IMG/VR virus record: IMGVR_UViG_3300031369_000002
Span: 1 to 64,000 of that record
DNA length: 64,000 nt
From: a virus
Reading direction: 5' to 3' (one strand)
Shown piece after piece: positions 20,002-28,957 of this stretch. The notes beneath the pieces are model-generated. The model was not told the origin of the DNA. It ran no database searches and saw only the letters and a program-made list of their open reading frames with translations. Within the stretch, counting starts at the first letter, position 1, and every line of letters begins with the position of its first letter. The translations under genes and the position numbers were made by a program.

Positions 20002-20540
20002 CAATTACACCTCGCATTATAAACGTCATCTAATAACGTATTCTTAGTATGTCTTAAACTATTAAACACTTCTTTTTTATTAGGTAATTTATCAATAATA
20101 GGTTTATATTGATTCAAATAAGCTATCTTCTCATCACTTGATAAACTACTAAATTCCTCACGAGTTAAAGGCTTTAAATTTTTATTTTGATTAACTTCCA
20201 AATCCCTATATTGTGAAAACTCTTTCTCAAAAACTATGCTCTTTTCTTTCTCAGCTTCCTTAACAACTTCCTTTACAATCGAGGGAATATGAGGAGTTAA
20301 ATCCATTTCCGTAGGAGCATCAGTTGGATCACTAGGAACCATATTAAATCTCGTCATTAACCCATAAGTTAATATATCTATAGACTCCAACCTTTTTTTA
20401 TTTTTATTTAAAGAAATACTTAACTTTCTAACATCTCTCACCATACTTTTTAGATGTTTATAAACCAACAAAAACAAAACACCTAAAGTAATAACTACTC
20501 CTACTATAAACATTCCCGCCGCCAATAATATGTTAAACAT
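20001..20540 (-). CDS. Membrane-anchored hypothetical protein
   Basis: N-terminal hydrophobic helix, GGAGG RBS. Confidence 0.6.
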   Translation of the reverse strand: MFNILLAAGMFIVGVVITLGVLFLLVYKHLKSMVRDVRKLSISLNKNKKRLESIDILTYGLMTRFNMVPSDPTDAPTEMDLTPHIPSIVKEVVKEAEKEKSIVFEKEFSQYRDLEVNQNKNLKPLTREEFSSLSSDEKIAYLNQYKPIIDKLPNKKEVFNSLRHTKNTLLDDVYNARCN

Positions 20541-20560
20541 AATATAATCCTCCCTTTAAT

Positions 20561-20986
20561 TTAAGGACCCAGGACCTCGATATCAACATCAAAGTCCACA
20601 ACCCCTTTATCAAAACTTACAGCTTCAAATTTCCAAGTAACACCTTTTTTAAGTCTCCCTGAATAAGCTGTCGCTTCACCAACTTTATTTTTATCCTTAT
20701 CATATAAGGCTACTATTGCCTCTATTCCTCTGATATTCACACCAGAAGTATTTTTTATAAGACCTGTAATATTATAACCCTTATCAGTCTCCGTCATAAT
20801 TAAATCTTTTATACTTAAGGAATCCTCTATAGGCTCTAACTCCACATTAATATCTTTTTTCTTCTCAGCTTCCTTATTAGAAAACTCAGCCAAATTAAGA
20901 CTTAAAGCAACAAGACCCTGCAGAGCCAAAGCAATTAAACCCAAAAGCAATACTACTATACAACCACCTATTAATAGTCTTTTCAT
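20561..20986 (-). CDS. FxLYD-like domain membrane protein
   Basis: TM anchor plus ITG.IKNTSG, VALYDKD...VG and TWKFEA motifs. Confidence 0.65.
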   Translation of the reverse strand: MKRLLIGGCIVVLLLGLIALALQGLVALSLNLAEFSNKEAEKKKDINVELEPIEDSLSIKDLIMTETDKGYNITGLIKNTSGVNIRGIEAIVALYDKDKNKVGEATAYSGRLKKGVTWKFEAVSFDKGVVDFDVDIEVLGP

Positions 20987-20995
20987 AAGACCCTC

Positions 20996-21706
20996 CTACT
21001 TTTCTATAAGTTTTATAGTCACATTTTCTAATTGTAAAGTGGCCCCTTTATTTAATTTAGCGTTTTTATATTCACTGATATATAAATTATCTGCCACAGT
21101 ACTCATTATTAAATTAACTGAATCCATAAAGCCATTATCATGAGCTATAACATTACCACTACCAGACAAACAAACTATATCATAAGTAGCAGCTTTAATA
21201 TCAGACCCAACAGCATATCGCCCAGGACTAAAATTATAAGTCTTTTTAACTACAGGTTTTTGAGTAGGTTTCTTAGTTGGCTTAGGTGTAACTTTTTCAG
21301 TTTCCTTAATAACTACCTTTTTATTATCTTTCTCAGCCTCTAATTTATCCACTTTAGATTGATACTCAGAGACTTTATTCTCATAATCATTAAACTTAGC
21401 CTCTAACTTTTCATACTTCCCTAAAGTTTCTTTATACTTTGCTTTATAATCAGTACCTATACCAAATAAGTTACCAAAACTAAAATTAGCAAGCAATAAA
21501 GCAGCCAAACCAACTAAACAAGCTTTCCACCATACAAACTTAAGTCTTTTATTACTTTCAAGCCCTACTATTAACCAAGGAACAATACTTAAAATCAAAG
21601 CATCTATCCAAAAATTACCCGTTACATTAAACAATCTAGTCTCCGCTACCTGCAACTCAGCAAAAGTCTCTACATTTTCATCATATCTATTATTTCTATC
21701 ATCCAT
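20996..21706 (-). CDS. Membrane protein with coiled coil and extracellular C-terminal domain
   Basis: Two TM segments, coiled coil, Pro/Lys linker, PGRYAVGSDIKAATY motif. Confidence 0.6.
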   Translation of the reverse strand: MDDRNNRYDENVETFAELQVAETRLFNVTGNFWIDALILSIVPWLIVGLESNKRLKFVWWKACLVGLAALLLANFSFGNLFGIGTDYKAKYKETLGKYEKLEAKFNDYENKVSEYQSKVDKLEAEKDNKKVVIKETEKVTPKPTKKPTQKPVVKKTYNFSPGRYAVGSDIKAATYDIVCLSGSGNVIAHDNGFMDSVNLIMSTVADNLYISEYKNAKLNKGATLQLENVTIKLIEK

Positions 21707-21737
21707 TTTAATCTTCCTCCTAAAAGTTTATTTAATA

Positions 21738-21770
21738 CTTATACCTAAAAAATAATGAAATATTAAGTTA
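21738..21770 (-). promoter_or_regulatory. Class II promoter TAAC-N20-AGGTATAA
   Basis: One of 8 copies with an exact 20-bp spacing (see findings). Confidence 0.65.
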
Positions 21771-21831
21771 TCATTTTAAATTTTTCTCAAATAAAAATAA
21801 CAGGATATAAAAATACACCCTGTCACTCCTC

Positions 21832-22026
21832 TTATTTCTTAATCTGTACCAATTCTAAAACTCGCTGATATTTTTTACGCAAAATAAAACCACTTATACT
21901 AATTAATATAATAGACAAACATATTAATACAGATATAAATGGATTACCATTATGATGTATAGTTTGATACACATCTCTTAAAAATATTATGAATACAAGA
22001 CCTAGTATAAAACTTAATACTTTCAT
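21832..22026 (-). CDS. Small two-TM membrane protein
   Basis: 64 aa, two hydrophobic helices, basic tail, GGAGG RBS. Confidence 0.65.
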   Translation of the reverse strand: MKVLSFILGLVFIIFLRDVYQTIHHNGNPFISVLICLSIILISISGFILRKKYQRVLELVQIKK

Positions 22027-22044
22027 AATAACCTCCTAAAGGCA

Positions 22045-22160
22045 TAATAATGGAGCCAATAGATGAGGATATTGGCCCCTATAAGATAAATTCAATTTAA
22101 AGGAGAATCATTTTTAATGACTCTGAACCTCATCACTTAAGTACTTTATTTTGAATATGT
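22045..22160 (-). ncRNA. Candidate structured sRNA/leader carrying the antisense of the early-gene 5' leader
   Basis: Class I promoter at 22166-22194; contains UGAUUCUCCUUUAAAUUGAAUUUAUCUUAU; terminal hairpin at 22052-22079. Confidence 0.55.
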
Positions 22161-22165
22161 GCCTA

Positions 22166-22194
22166 ATTATATCCCTAAAGAATACACATGTCAA
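22166..22194 (-). promoter_or_regulatory. Class I promoter TTGACAtgtgta..-N17-TATAAT
   Basis: Perfect -35/-10 consensus with 17-bp spacer. Confidence 0.8.
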
Positions 22195-22529
22195 GCCTTA
22201 ATTTTAAATCTTTCAGACAAAGGATCATAATCAGCACCAGAAGTAATGCTCATGATAATAATCTCTTTATAAGACACACCTTTTTTAACTAACCATTTAA
22301 CATCAGGTCCATAAACATTCCCATAAATACGCTTATTTTTAGGTTTAACTCTTTCCAATAAAGTAATAGATTTTATAGCCTGGTATTTTTTACACACTTT
22401 TCTTTTAGTTTTCCATAAAATAATAGCCATGTCTTTCTCACTAAACTTAAAATCAAGTAACAACTTATACAAAGTATCAATCTTTTCTATCTCAGCTTCT
22501 CTCTCTTCAACAGCCTTAGTAATTTTCAA
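22191..22529 (-). CDS. Hypothetical basic protein
   Basis: 112 aa, TTG start with GGAGGAG RBS. Confidence 0.55.
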   Translation of the reverse strand: MKITKAVEEREAEIEKIDTLYKLLLDFKFSEKDMAIILWKTKRKVCKKYQAIKSITLLERVKPKNKRIYGNVYGPDVKWLVKKGVSYKEIIIMSITSGADYDPLSERFKIKA

Positions 22530-22540
22530 AGTAACTCCTC

Positions 22541-23671
22541 CTAACTATTAAAGAAACTGGCTACAGCTTCTTTACTTGTAAAATGGGCTGGCTTTTCTAC
22601 TTCTCCTACCATTGGATTAAGCACATAACTTAATCTCAAATAAACAAGACCTAAAGACACTTTATCCCCAGACACTTTAATTTTTCCTTTATACTCCCAC
22701 AATACATTTAACATATTAAAGATAAGTTTAGGAGTTAATTTCTCTGCCAACTCCATATAATTCTCATAACCTTTAACATTATTCTTAGCTAATAAAATGT
22801 TTTTTAAAGTCTCCATAAAAGAATCTACAATTCTCACAACAGAATTAGCTCTATCAAACACCTCCTCCAATAAAACCACGCCCTCAGCCAACTTATTATT
22901 AATTAAACAATTAATTAATTCAAAATAAAAAGATTTATCTATGATTCCAAAGAAATCTTTAAACACCTGAGAAGTTATATGATCAGATATATACTTAAGT
23001 TGATCTAAACACATAACAGCGTCACGCATACCACCATTAACATAATGGGCTATAGCCTGAGCCGCATCCTTATCTAACTTAATATTCTCAGCTTCCGCAA
23101 TAAAAAAGAGTCTATCCATAATATCCTTAACAGAAATCCTCTTATATTCAAAAACTAATAATCTTGATTTAATAGTCTCAGGTACTTTATGGCTCTCAGT
23201 AGTAGCCATAATAAATATAGTATTGCTTGGCGGTTCTTCTAATATCTTTAGTAATGCCTGAAATCCCTGAGTAGAACACCCATGCACTTCATCTATTACT
23301 ATGACTCTATACTCTCCATTATGAGAAGTCATAGCCACATCTTTTAACTTCCTGATATCATCCACTAAACCATTAGAAGCGGCATCTATTTCCAAAACTG
23401 AGGTATCATTAGCCTTGGAAATAGCCACACAAGAAGGACATTTACCACAACTTTTAATACCTTTTCGATCAGAGCAATTTAAAACCCTTGCTATTATTCT
23501 TGCACTAGTAGTCTTACCTATTCCCCTAGAACCACAGAACAATAAACCTGCAGGTAAAGCAGCACCCTTAAAATGTTTATCTAAAATAGCTTCCAAAATC
23601 TTAATAATATGCTCCTGCCCAACCATATCAGATAAATTTAAAGGTCTATATTTTAATGCTAACTTTTCCAT
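22541..23671 (-). CDS. dnaX: DNA polymerase III gamma/tau-like clamp loader subunit
   Basis: LKYRP, GSRGIGKTT, CGKCPSC, EIDAASN, IDEVH, LLKILEEPP and GGMRDA motifs; ATG at 23671. Confidence 0.93.
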   Translation of the reverse strand: MEKLALKYRPLNLSDMVGQEHIIKILEAILDKHFKGAALPAGLLFCGSRGIGKTTSARIIARVLNCSDRKGIKSCGKCPSCVAISKANDTSVLEIDAASNGLVDDIRKLKDVAMTSHNGEYRVIVIDEVHGCSTQGFQALLKILEEPPSNTIFIMATTESHKVPETIKSRLLVFEYKRISVKDIMDRLFFIAEAENIKLDKDAAQAIAHYVNGGMRDAVMCLDQLKYISDHITSQVFKDFFGIIDKSFYFELINCLINNKLAEGVVLLEEVFDRANSVVRIVDSFMETLKNILLAKNNVKGYENYMELAEKLTPKLIFNMLNVLWEYKGKIKVSGDKVSLGLVYLRLSYVLNPMVGEVEKPAHFTSKEAVASFFNS

Positions 23672-23672
23672 A

Positions 23673-23891
23673 CTAAACCCCCTTAACTTTTTCACCTATC
23701 CATACTAAATCCTCAGAAGATAACAACCTATTTTTAGTACCACCACATATAGGACACAAATAAACTAAATGCATGGACCATTTAGAGACTTGCACATTAT
23801 AATTAGTTGTCATTTCAATAGGTTCCTTATGAAATAAACCTGTTTTATTACAATGTGAGTCTAAATAATTACAAAAAACAATCTCTTCCAT
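23673..23891 (-). CDS. Small zinc-binding protein
   Basis: C..C and CPICG motifs; GGAGG RBS. Confidence 0.55.
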   Translation of the reverse strand: MEEIVFCNYLDSHCNKTGLFHKEPIEMTTNYNVQVSKWSMHLVYLCPICGGTKNRLLSSEDLVWIGEKVKGV

Positions 23892-23901
23892 AATAGCCTC
23901 C

Positions 23902-24249
23902 TTACTTATCCATCATCTTTTTTAAAACTCCAAACACTTGAAAAGCTTCCATATAAAAGTTAGTGCTAACAGCAAACATTTTTTTAAGAGTCTCCTTTAA
24001 TCGATCAGGATCATGATTGGCAATGGCTTCACTCAACTCATCAAAACCCTCAATAAAAAATCCCTGTTCTCTAAATAGCTCATCCATTTCAAATTTAAGA
24101 ACCCCAAAAAACTGGAATTCATCAACAAACTTATCATGTAAGGCGATACCCAATTGAGTCATTTCCTCAATCATATCATTTATTACTTTTAATCCTTCAT
24201 CAGACCATTGCACCTTCTCTATATTCTGATTATACTTAAAATATTTCAT
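23902..24249 (-). CDS. Hypothetical helical protein
   Basis: 115 aa ORF in operon context. Confidence 0.55.
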   Translation of the reverse strand: MKYFKYNQNIEKVQWSDEGLKVINDMIEEMTQLGIALHDKFVDEFQFFGVLKFEMDELFREQGFFIEGFDELSEAIANHDPDRLKETLKKMFAVSTNFYMEAFQVFGVLKKMMDK

Positions 24250-24253
24250 GTCC

Positions 24254-24556
24254 TCATCTCCTATTTAACTTACTTAAAATTGTTTTCCTAGCTTCCTTAT
24301 TTTCCATGGCTAACATATAATACTTTTTAAAATCTGTTGAGCCTCTTTTAAATTTAAAAGCTCTGGCCATATTAGCCTGCATTTCCTTATCTAACTTCAA
24401 AGACTCCTCATTCTCAAGTGACACATGATAAAGTTTTTTACAATGACTACACTGTATAAAAAGCTCTACCAAATCACCCTTAAGTTTTTTCTCTTCAAAC
24501 CTATCAGCTTTAAAAGCTTTCTTACACAAATCACAAACATACATACCATTATCCAT
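24254..24556 (-). CDS. Zinc-ribbon protein
   Basis: CDLC...CSHC; follows a class II promoter. Confidence 0.6.
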   Translation of the reverse strand: MDNGMYVCDLCKKAFKADRFEEKKLKGDLVELFIQCSHCKKLYHVSLENEESLKLDKEMQANMARAFKFKRGSTDFKKYYMLAMENKEARKTILSKLNRR

Positions 24557-24584
24557 ATATAAACTACCTCCCTTTTTAAAAAGT

Positions 24585-24617
24585 ATTATACCTATAAAAT
24601 AGTAAAATTTAATGTTA
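24585..24617 (-). promoter_or_regulatory. Class II promoter TAAC-N20-AGGTATAAT, upstream of the dnaX operon
   Basis: gtta at 24614-17, attatacct at 24585-93. Confidence 0.7.
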
Positions 24618-24650
24618 TTTTAAAAATAAAAAAGAAGCTAAAAGCTCCTT

Positions 24651-27506
24651 TTATTTTATTACTTTATTCTTATCAGCACATTTAGGACAAAAATCAACAC
24701 TTAAAGATTTATCTAAAAAGTTTACAGGAATAGTTTTCCCGCACTCCACACAAGAAGGTCTAAAAAAATCAGCCTGTATATCCTTAAAAGAAACAAAACT
24801 ATCAACTCTTAAAATATTATGCTTATAAGCAGCACCAAACACCTTATTAAATAAAGCATTATATACTTCAAAAGGAGACGCTTTACCTTTAACAAATAAT
24901 TTAAGCTTTACCTCTAATCCTTCTCTCACAGCCCATATATCACTAACAAAATCCTTAGCATTACATTCAATAACATTAAGCCCAGCCCTATAAACAACCT
25001 CTCTAATTTTCATAGTGATTTTTTCAGCCTTATGCCAATAATTAAGGGCATTAATAACAGACATTTCGGTTTTATCCGTATCTATTTGATATAAAGAATA
25101 TCCTTTTTGTTTCTTTAAACTTTCCATAGAAGAGGGTACTTTAATACCATCTAAAAGCTCAATACCAAAATGAGTTAATTCTTTATTCATCTCACTTATT
25201 AAGTTTATTAAATCTGTCTCATTTTTAATAAACTTTTCTAATAAACCAAATTCTACATAATCGATCCCATACAACCAATTTTTAAATTTAATATTATCAG
25301 ACACAAACCTAATACTTCTTTTAGTAATAGGTATATCAGCTTTCCAAGCAGCTCGCCTAATTAAACATTTCCAGTAAACATTTTCTACATACTTATATTT
25401 TTCATGTATACAAATTTTTAATCTCACTTTTTCTCTTATAGTTGATTCATCCTTACGCTTTAAAGAGGATAAATTTTTTAAACTAATATCTTTTTCTCTA
25501 GCCTTATAAGACTCCTGGACCTTTTTTGCTTCTACAGGACTACAAGCCCCACAAGTACTACAACCATGTAGACACTTTTTAACAAGAAAACCATTTTTAT
25601 TAGGTCCTCTATGATCTTCTCCTAACTCTGTATTAAGCATAAAATCACAAGACTTTTTATACAACCTATAAATATAATCTTTAGTTACTCCTATATCAAT
25701 ATGATCCCAACCAAAAATATAATCCCAAGGTTTTTCTTTAAAATAATACTCATAAGACACTCCATATTTCTGCAGGTTCTTTTCTAAAGTTTCTTTCATT
25801 TTACTATTTACGGCTCCTATATAAACAGCATCTAATTCATCATAAGAATCCACCAGAGCATAACCGCCAAGCCTATCACATAAATGAGCTACTTGAGTAC
25901 TCCACAAATAATCCTCTTTTGTTTTTTTGCCTAGTGTAAATTCTATACCTAAATCTCTTAATTTTTGAAAAACACCAGTTAACATCTTTTCTCCTAAAGT
26001 AACCCTATGCCATTGAAAAGGAGTCCAGGATTCAATTAATAAAGGTGTAAAAGAAACCCTAACACCTATAGCGGACCCCATAGAATTCTTTAAATCTACA
26101 ATTTTTTTACACAACTCTAAAAAATCTTCTATATCTTTATCAGACTCAAAAGGCAAGTTAGCTATCATATAAAGTTTTAATTTTTTATATCCACCTTTTA
26201 TAACATTTTCACAAGCTTTTAATATAATTTCCTTAGTAGCCCCTTTATTTACAAAAGTCCTTAATCTCTCTGAGCTTCCTTCTACTCCTACGGCCAATTG
26301 ATTCATGCCACCCTCACCAGATATTAAAGAAAAATTAGCGTCCTCAGCCATACTATCAATCCTCTGAGACTGAGAATCAAAAGTATCAGACACTTCCTCT
26401 AAGATAGTCTTAGTTAATAAATTCTTTTGAGTATATCCAGTATACTCAAAAGCTGTTGGAAAAGCATAAATAGAACCAGAATTTTTAATATTAGCTTTTA
26501 AAGCTTTAACCATATAAGAAATAGACCTTTCCCTATATGGCCTATATCGATACCCTACAGCACAAAAAGAACAATTACCAGCATTACAACCCCTAGCCAA
26601 TTCAACCTCTCCTAAACCCATCTCAGGAAAAATCCAAGGTACTGGAGGAGCATCCACACAAGGCACATTATTTAAATCCTTAACATGTCTTTTTTTAATC
26701 CTCTTAGGTATATCATCATATTTAGCCGCAAAACAATCTATTTTAAGCTCATTATTCACCTTTTTATATTTAGGGTATAAAAACTTAGGCATATATAAGA
26801 AGTCGTATTCTTTAGCTAAAAAATGCAGTAATTCTTCACGTCCTTCTTTAGTATAATAAAAACTCTCAGCTTCCTTTTTAAAAGAGTTAATATCTTCTAA
26901 TACAGCCATTAAACCAGGAGACCCTTTTTCATCCTCAGCCTCTCCAATAAACATAAAATCTACTATAGGACTCCAAATCTCAGGACTCCCAAAAGTCGAA
27001 CCTCCTGAAATAATCAAAGGATAATTTTCTTTCATTTCTTCTCTGTCTTTCCATCTTACAGGAACACCAGACATCTTTAATATTTTAACTACATTCGCTA
27101 AAAATGGAGGGAATCCCAAAGAAAAGCCTACCACATCAAACTCACCCATAGGCCTCTTAGACTCCAAACCAAACACAGGAATCCCCTCAAAATATCTTAA
27201 TTCTTTATGACTAATAGGCATAAAAGACCTTTCAGCTTTAAAGGGTCTTATACCATCCGATCTCCTATACTCATTAATCAATTTATATAATAAAGGTCCT
27301 CCTTGATTACCAACAAAATCTCTATAGCCCCAAGGATTTGCTATTAAAAATTTTAACTCAGCAGCATCCCATTCTTTATAAAATAAATCTTTTCCCCATT
27401 CTCCATAAGTATTACACTCACAACCTAAAAAAGCCTCAGGCATTTCCATTTTAGGCATAATTGAAGTTAAAAATTTTTCTATTTGTATTTTCGTCATTTC
27501 CACCAT
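24651..27506 (-). CDS. Large radical SAM protein (TIGR03960-like) fused to a radical-SAM-linked C-terminal domain and a zinc ribbon
   Basis: FDVVGFSL, ELARGCNAGNCSFC, YRPYRERS, GVEGSSERLR, LKLYMIANLP.E..D, TPFQW, WDHIDIGV, C..CS.CGAC; C-terminal CVEC/CPKC. Confidence 0.85.
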   Translation of the reverse strand: MVEMTKIQIEKFLTSIMPKMEMPEAFLGCECNTYGEWGKDLFYKEWDAAELKFLIANPWGYRDFVGNQGGPLLYKLINEYRRSDGIRPFKAERSFMPISHKELRYFEGIPVFGLESKRPMGEFDVVGFSLGFPPFLANVVKILKMSGVPVRWKDREEMKENYPLIISGGSTFGSPEIWSPIVDFMFIGEAEDEKGSPGLMAVLEDINSFKKEAESFYYTKEGREELLHFLAKEYDFLYMPKFLYPKYKKVNNELKIDCFAAKYDDIPKRIKKRHVKDLNNVPCVDAPPVPWIFPEMGLGEVELARGCNAGNCSFCAVGYRYRPYRERSISYMVKALKANIKNSGSIYAFPTAFEYTGYTQKNLLTKTILEEVSDTFDSQSQRIDSMAEDANFSLISGEGGMNQLAVGVEGSSERLRTFVNKGATKEIILKACENVIKGGYKKLKLYMIANLPFESDKDIEDFLELCKKIVDLKNSMGSAIGVRVSFTPLLIESWTPFQWHRVTLGEKMLTGVFQKLRDLGIEFTLGKKTKEDYLWSTQVAHLCDRLGGYALVDSYDELDAVYIGAVNSKMKETLEKNLQKYGVSYEYYFKEKPWDYIFGWDHIDIGVTKDYIYRLYKKSCDFMLNTELGEDHRGPNKNGFLVKKCLHGCSTCGACSPVEAKKVQESYKAREKDISLKNLSSLKRKDESTIREKVRLKICIHEKYKYVENVYWKCLIRRAAWKADIPITKRSIRFVSDNIKFKNWLYGIDYVEFGLLEKFIKNETDLINLISEMNKELTHFGIELLDGIKVPSSMESLKKQKGYSLYQIDTDKTEMSVINALNYWHKAEKITMKIREVVYRAGLNVIECNAKDFVSDIWAVREGLEVKLKLFVKGKASPFEVYNALFNKVFGAAYKHNILRVDSFVSFKDIQADFFRPSCVECGKTIPVNFLDKSLSVDFCPKCADKNKVIK

Positions 27507-27616
27507 AAATAATATAACCTCCTACAAAGTAAAAGCCCCTGATAAATAGATTGGTAATATCAGAGGCTTTTTATTAAATTATGACTATCTCTTTCTTTAT
27601 TGTAACGTAAAATCAG

Positions 27617-28003
27617 TTAAAAATCAATCTCCTTTTTCCAACAAGGTAAAGCAGACACATGGGCATCCCACGCCACTCCAAAACATAAATTTTCTTTTAA
27701 ACATGTTACGGTATAGTCAATCTTACCACTTAAAATTGAATGTGCTTTACTAAAATCCTTAGCATATTTACAATACCAGCATTTAAACATTTTAGGATTT
27801 GCATCAGTATAACTTTTATTATTCATAGCAATCTTATGGGCTTTATTCAACCTAGAAGAATACTCTAAAATGTCTTTCTTATTAATATCCTCAGAAGATT
27901 TAATATTAACTATCTTTCTCTTATCATAGAGCTTACACCAATCAATATACTCTAATAATGTAAGCCCTCTTTCAATATCTTTTTCCTTTAATAAGTTAAT
28001 CAT
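27617..28003 (-). CDS. Hypothetical protein with Cys cluster
   Basis: CWYC...C...C; ATGA overlap with the HTH gene. Confidence 0.55.
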   Translation of the reverse strand: MINLLKEKDIERGLTLLEYIDWCKLYDKRKIVNIKSSEDINKKDILEYSSRLNKAHKIAMNNKSYTDANPKMFKCWYCKYAKDFSKAHSILSGKIDYTVTCLKENLCFGVAWDAHVSALPCWKKEIDF

Positions 28004-28392
28004 GATAAAACCTTCAACTTAGTATAATCATAATTTAATATATTACAAAATTCTTTTAATGAGGAATCTGATAACCTATGAGTACCAGCCTCCACCTTAG
28101 CATAAGTACTAAGAGACATACCCAAAGCTTTAGCAATCTCTCTTTGTGTCCATCCTCGCCATACTCTTATCTTACGTATTGTACTAAAACTTTTCTCGCT
28201 CACTATACTCAACCTCTTATAAGGTTTATATACTTTTTTAGTCTTTCTTTTTTCATAAGCATCCGTAGCCCATTCTAAAAAAACGTCAACCACTTCATCC
28301 ATATTTAAAGGGTTTTCCTCAGCAACCTTTTTTAATTTTTCTAAAGTGGAATTTTTTATTAAAAATCTACAAGTACTACGCAAAACTTTCAC
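28000..28392 (-). CDS. XRE-family HTH regulator with possible N-terminal RHH-like part
   Basis: IRKIRVWRGWTQREIAKALGMSLSTYAKVEAG. Confidence 0.85.
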   Translation of the reverse strand: MKVLRSTCRFLIKNSTLEKLKKVAEENPLNMDEVVDVFLEWATDAYEKRKTKKVYKPYKRLSIVSEKSFSTIRKIRVWRGWTQREIAKALGMSLSTYAKVEAGTHRLSDSSLKEFCNILNYDYTKLKVLS

Positions 28393-28410
28393 TCCTTTCT
28401 ATTATCCCAT

Positions 28411-28605
28411 TTAGGACATATAAATTTTTACTACTTTTATAGTCAGTCTATACATATAAAGCCAAATAAAGAAAATACCTAAAAGCAACCAACTTTTACA
28501 GGTATAATCTCTTTCATATATAATAAATATCATATGAGTCCCAGCTATTAAAAGAACAAACAAACTATAAACCATTCCAATTAAAGTCCAGACCAAATTA
28601 AACAC
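28411..28605 (-). CDS. Small two-TM membrane protein
   Basis: Hydrophobic 64 aa ORF after a class II promoter. Confidence 0.5.
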   Translation of the reverse strand: MFNLVWTLIGMVYSLFVLLIAGTHMIFIIYERDYTCKSWLLLGIFFIWLYMYRLTIKVVKIYMS

Positions 28606-28613
28606 CTCCTAAA

Positions 28614-28646
28614 ATTATACCTACAAAAAACCAAAAAAGCATGTAC
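28614..28646 (-). promoter_or_regulatory. Class II promoter GTAC-N20-AGGTATAAT
   Basis: gtac at 28643-46, attatacct at 28614-22. Confidence 0.65.
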
Positions 28647-28660
28647 ACATAAAAATAAAA

Positions 28661-28683
28661 TAAGCCCCTGAAAAAGGAGCTTA
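28661..28683 (-). terminator. Intrinsic terminator
   Basis: TAAGCTCCT/AGGGGCTTA stem followed by TTTT. Confidence 0.7.
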
Positions 28684-28715
28684 CTTCTTAAAAGGCATAA
28701 TATGTAGTAAATTAC

Positions 28716-28943
28716 TTATATTATATCAGCCTCAGAGATTACAATCAAATCTAAAATTTTAATTTGATTAAAAGACTTCAAGCATAAATTATCATCATAG
28801 GCATTTAACAAATACTCGGCCTTTTTCTCTAACCCATTATAATTAATTATGGTCTCGATCTCTTTACTGGGTAACTGGACCGCAGTTACAATCATTTTTT
28901 TATTAGGTTTCTTTAATTTACTCTCATAAGAAGCTCTATTCAT
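28716..28943 (-). CDS. Conserved small phage protein
   Basis: E.IIN...EKKAEY..AYDDNL.LK pattern common in Firmicutes phages. Confidence 0.6.
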   Translation of the reverse strand: MNRASYESKLKKPNKKMIVTAVQLPSKEIETIINYNGLEKKAEYLLNAYDDNLCLKSFNQIKILDLIVISEADII

Positions 28944-28957
28944 TTCTTAGCTTCCTC

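Noticed and set aside
22117-22140. Plus-strand 7-codon ORF after the inverted leader
   Set aside because: No plus-strand promoter upstream; treated as a by-product of the antisense element.
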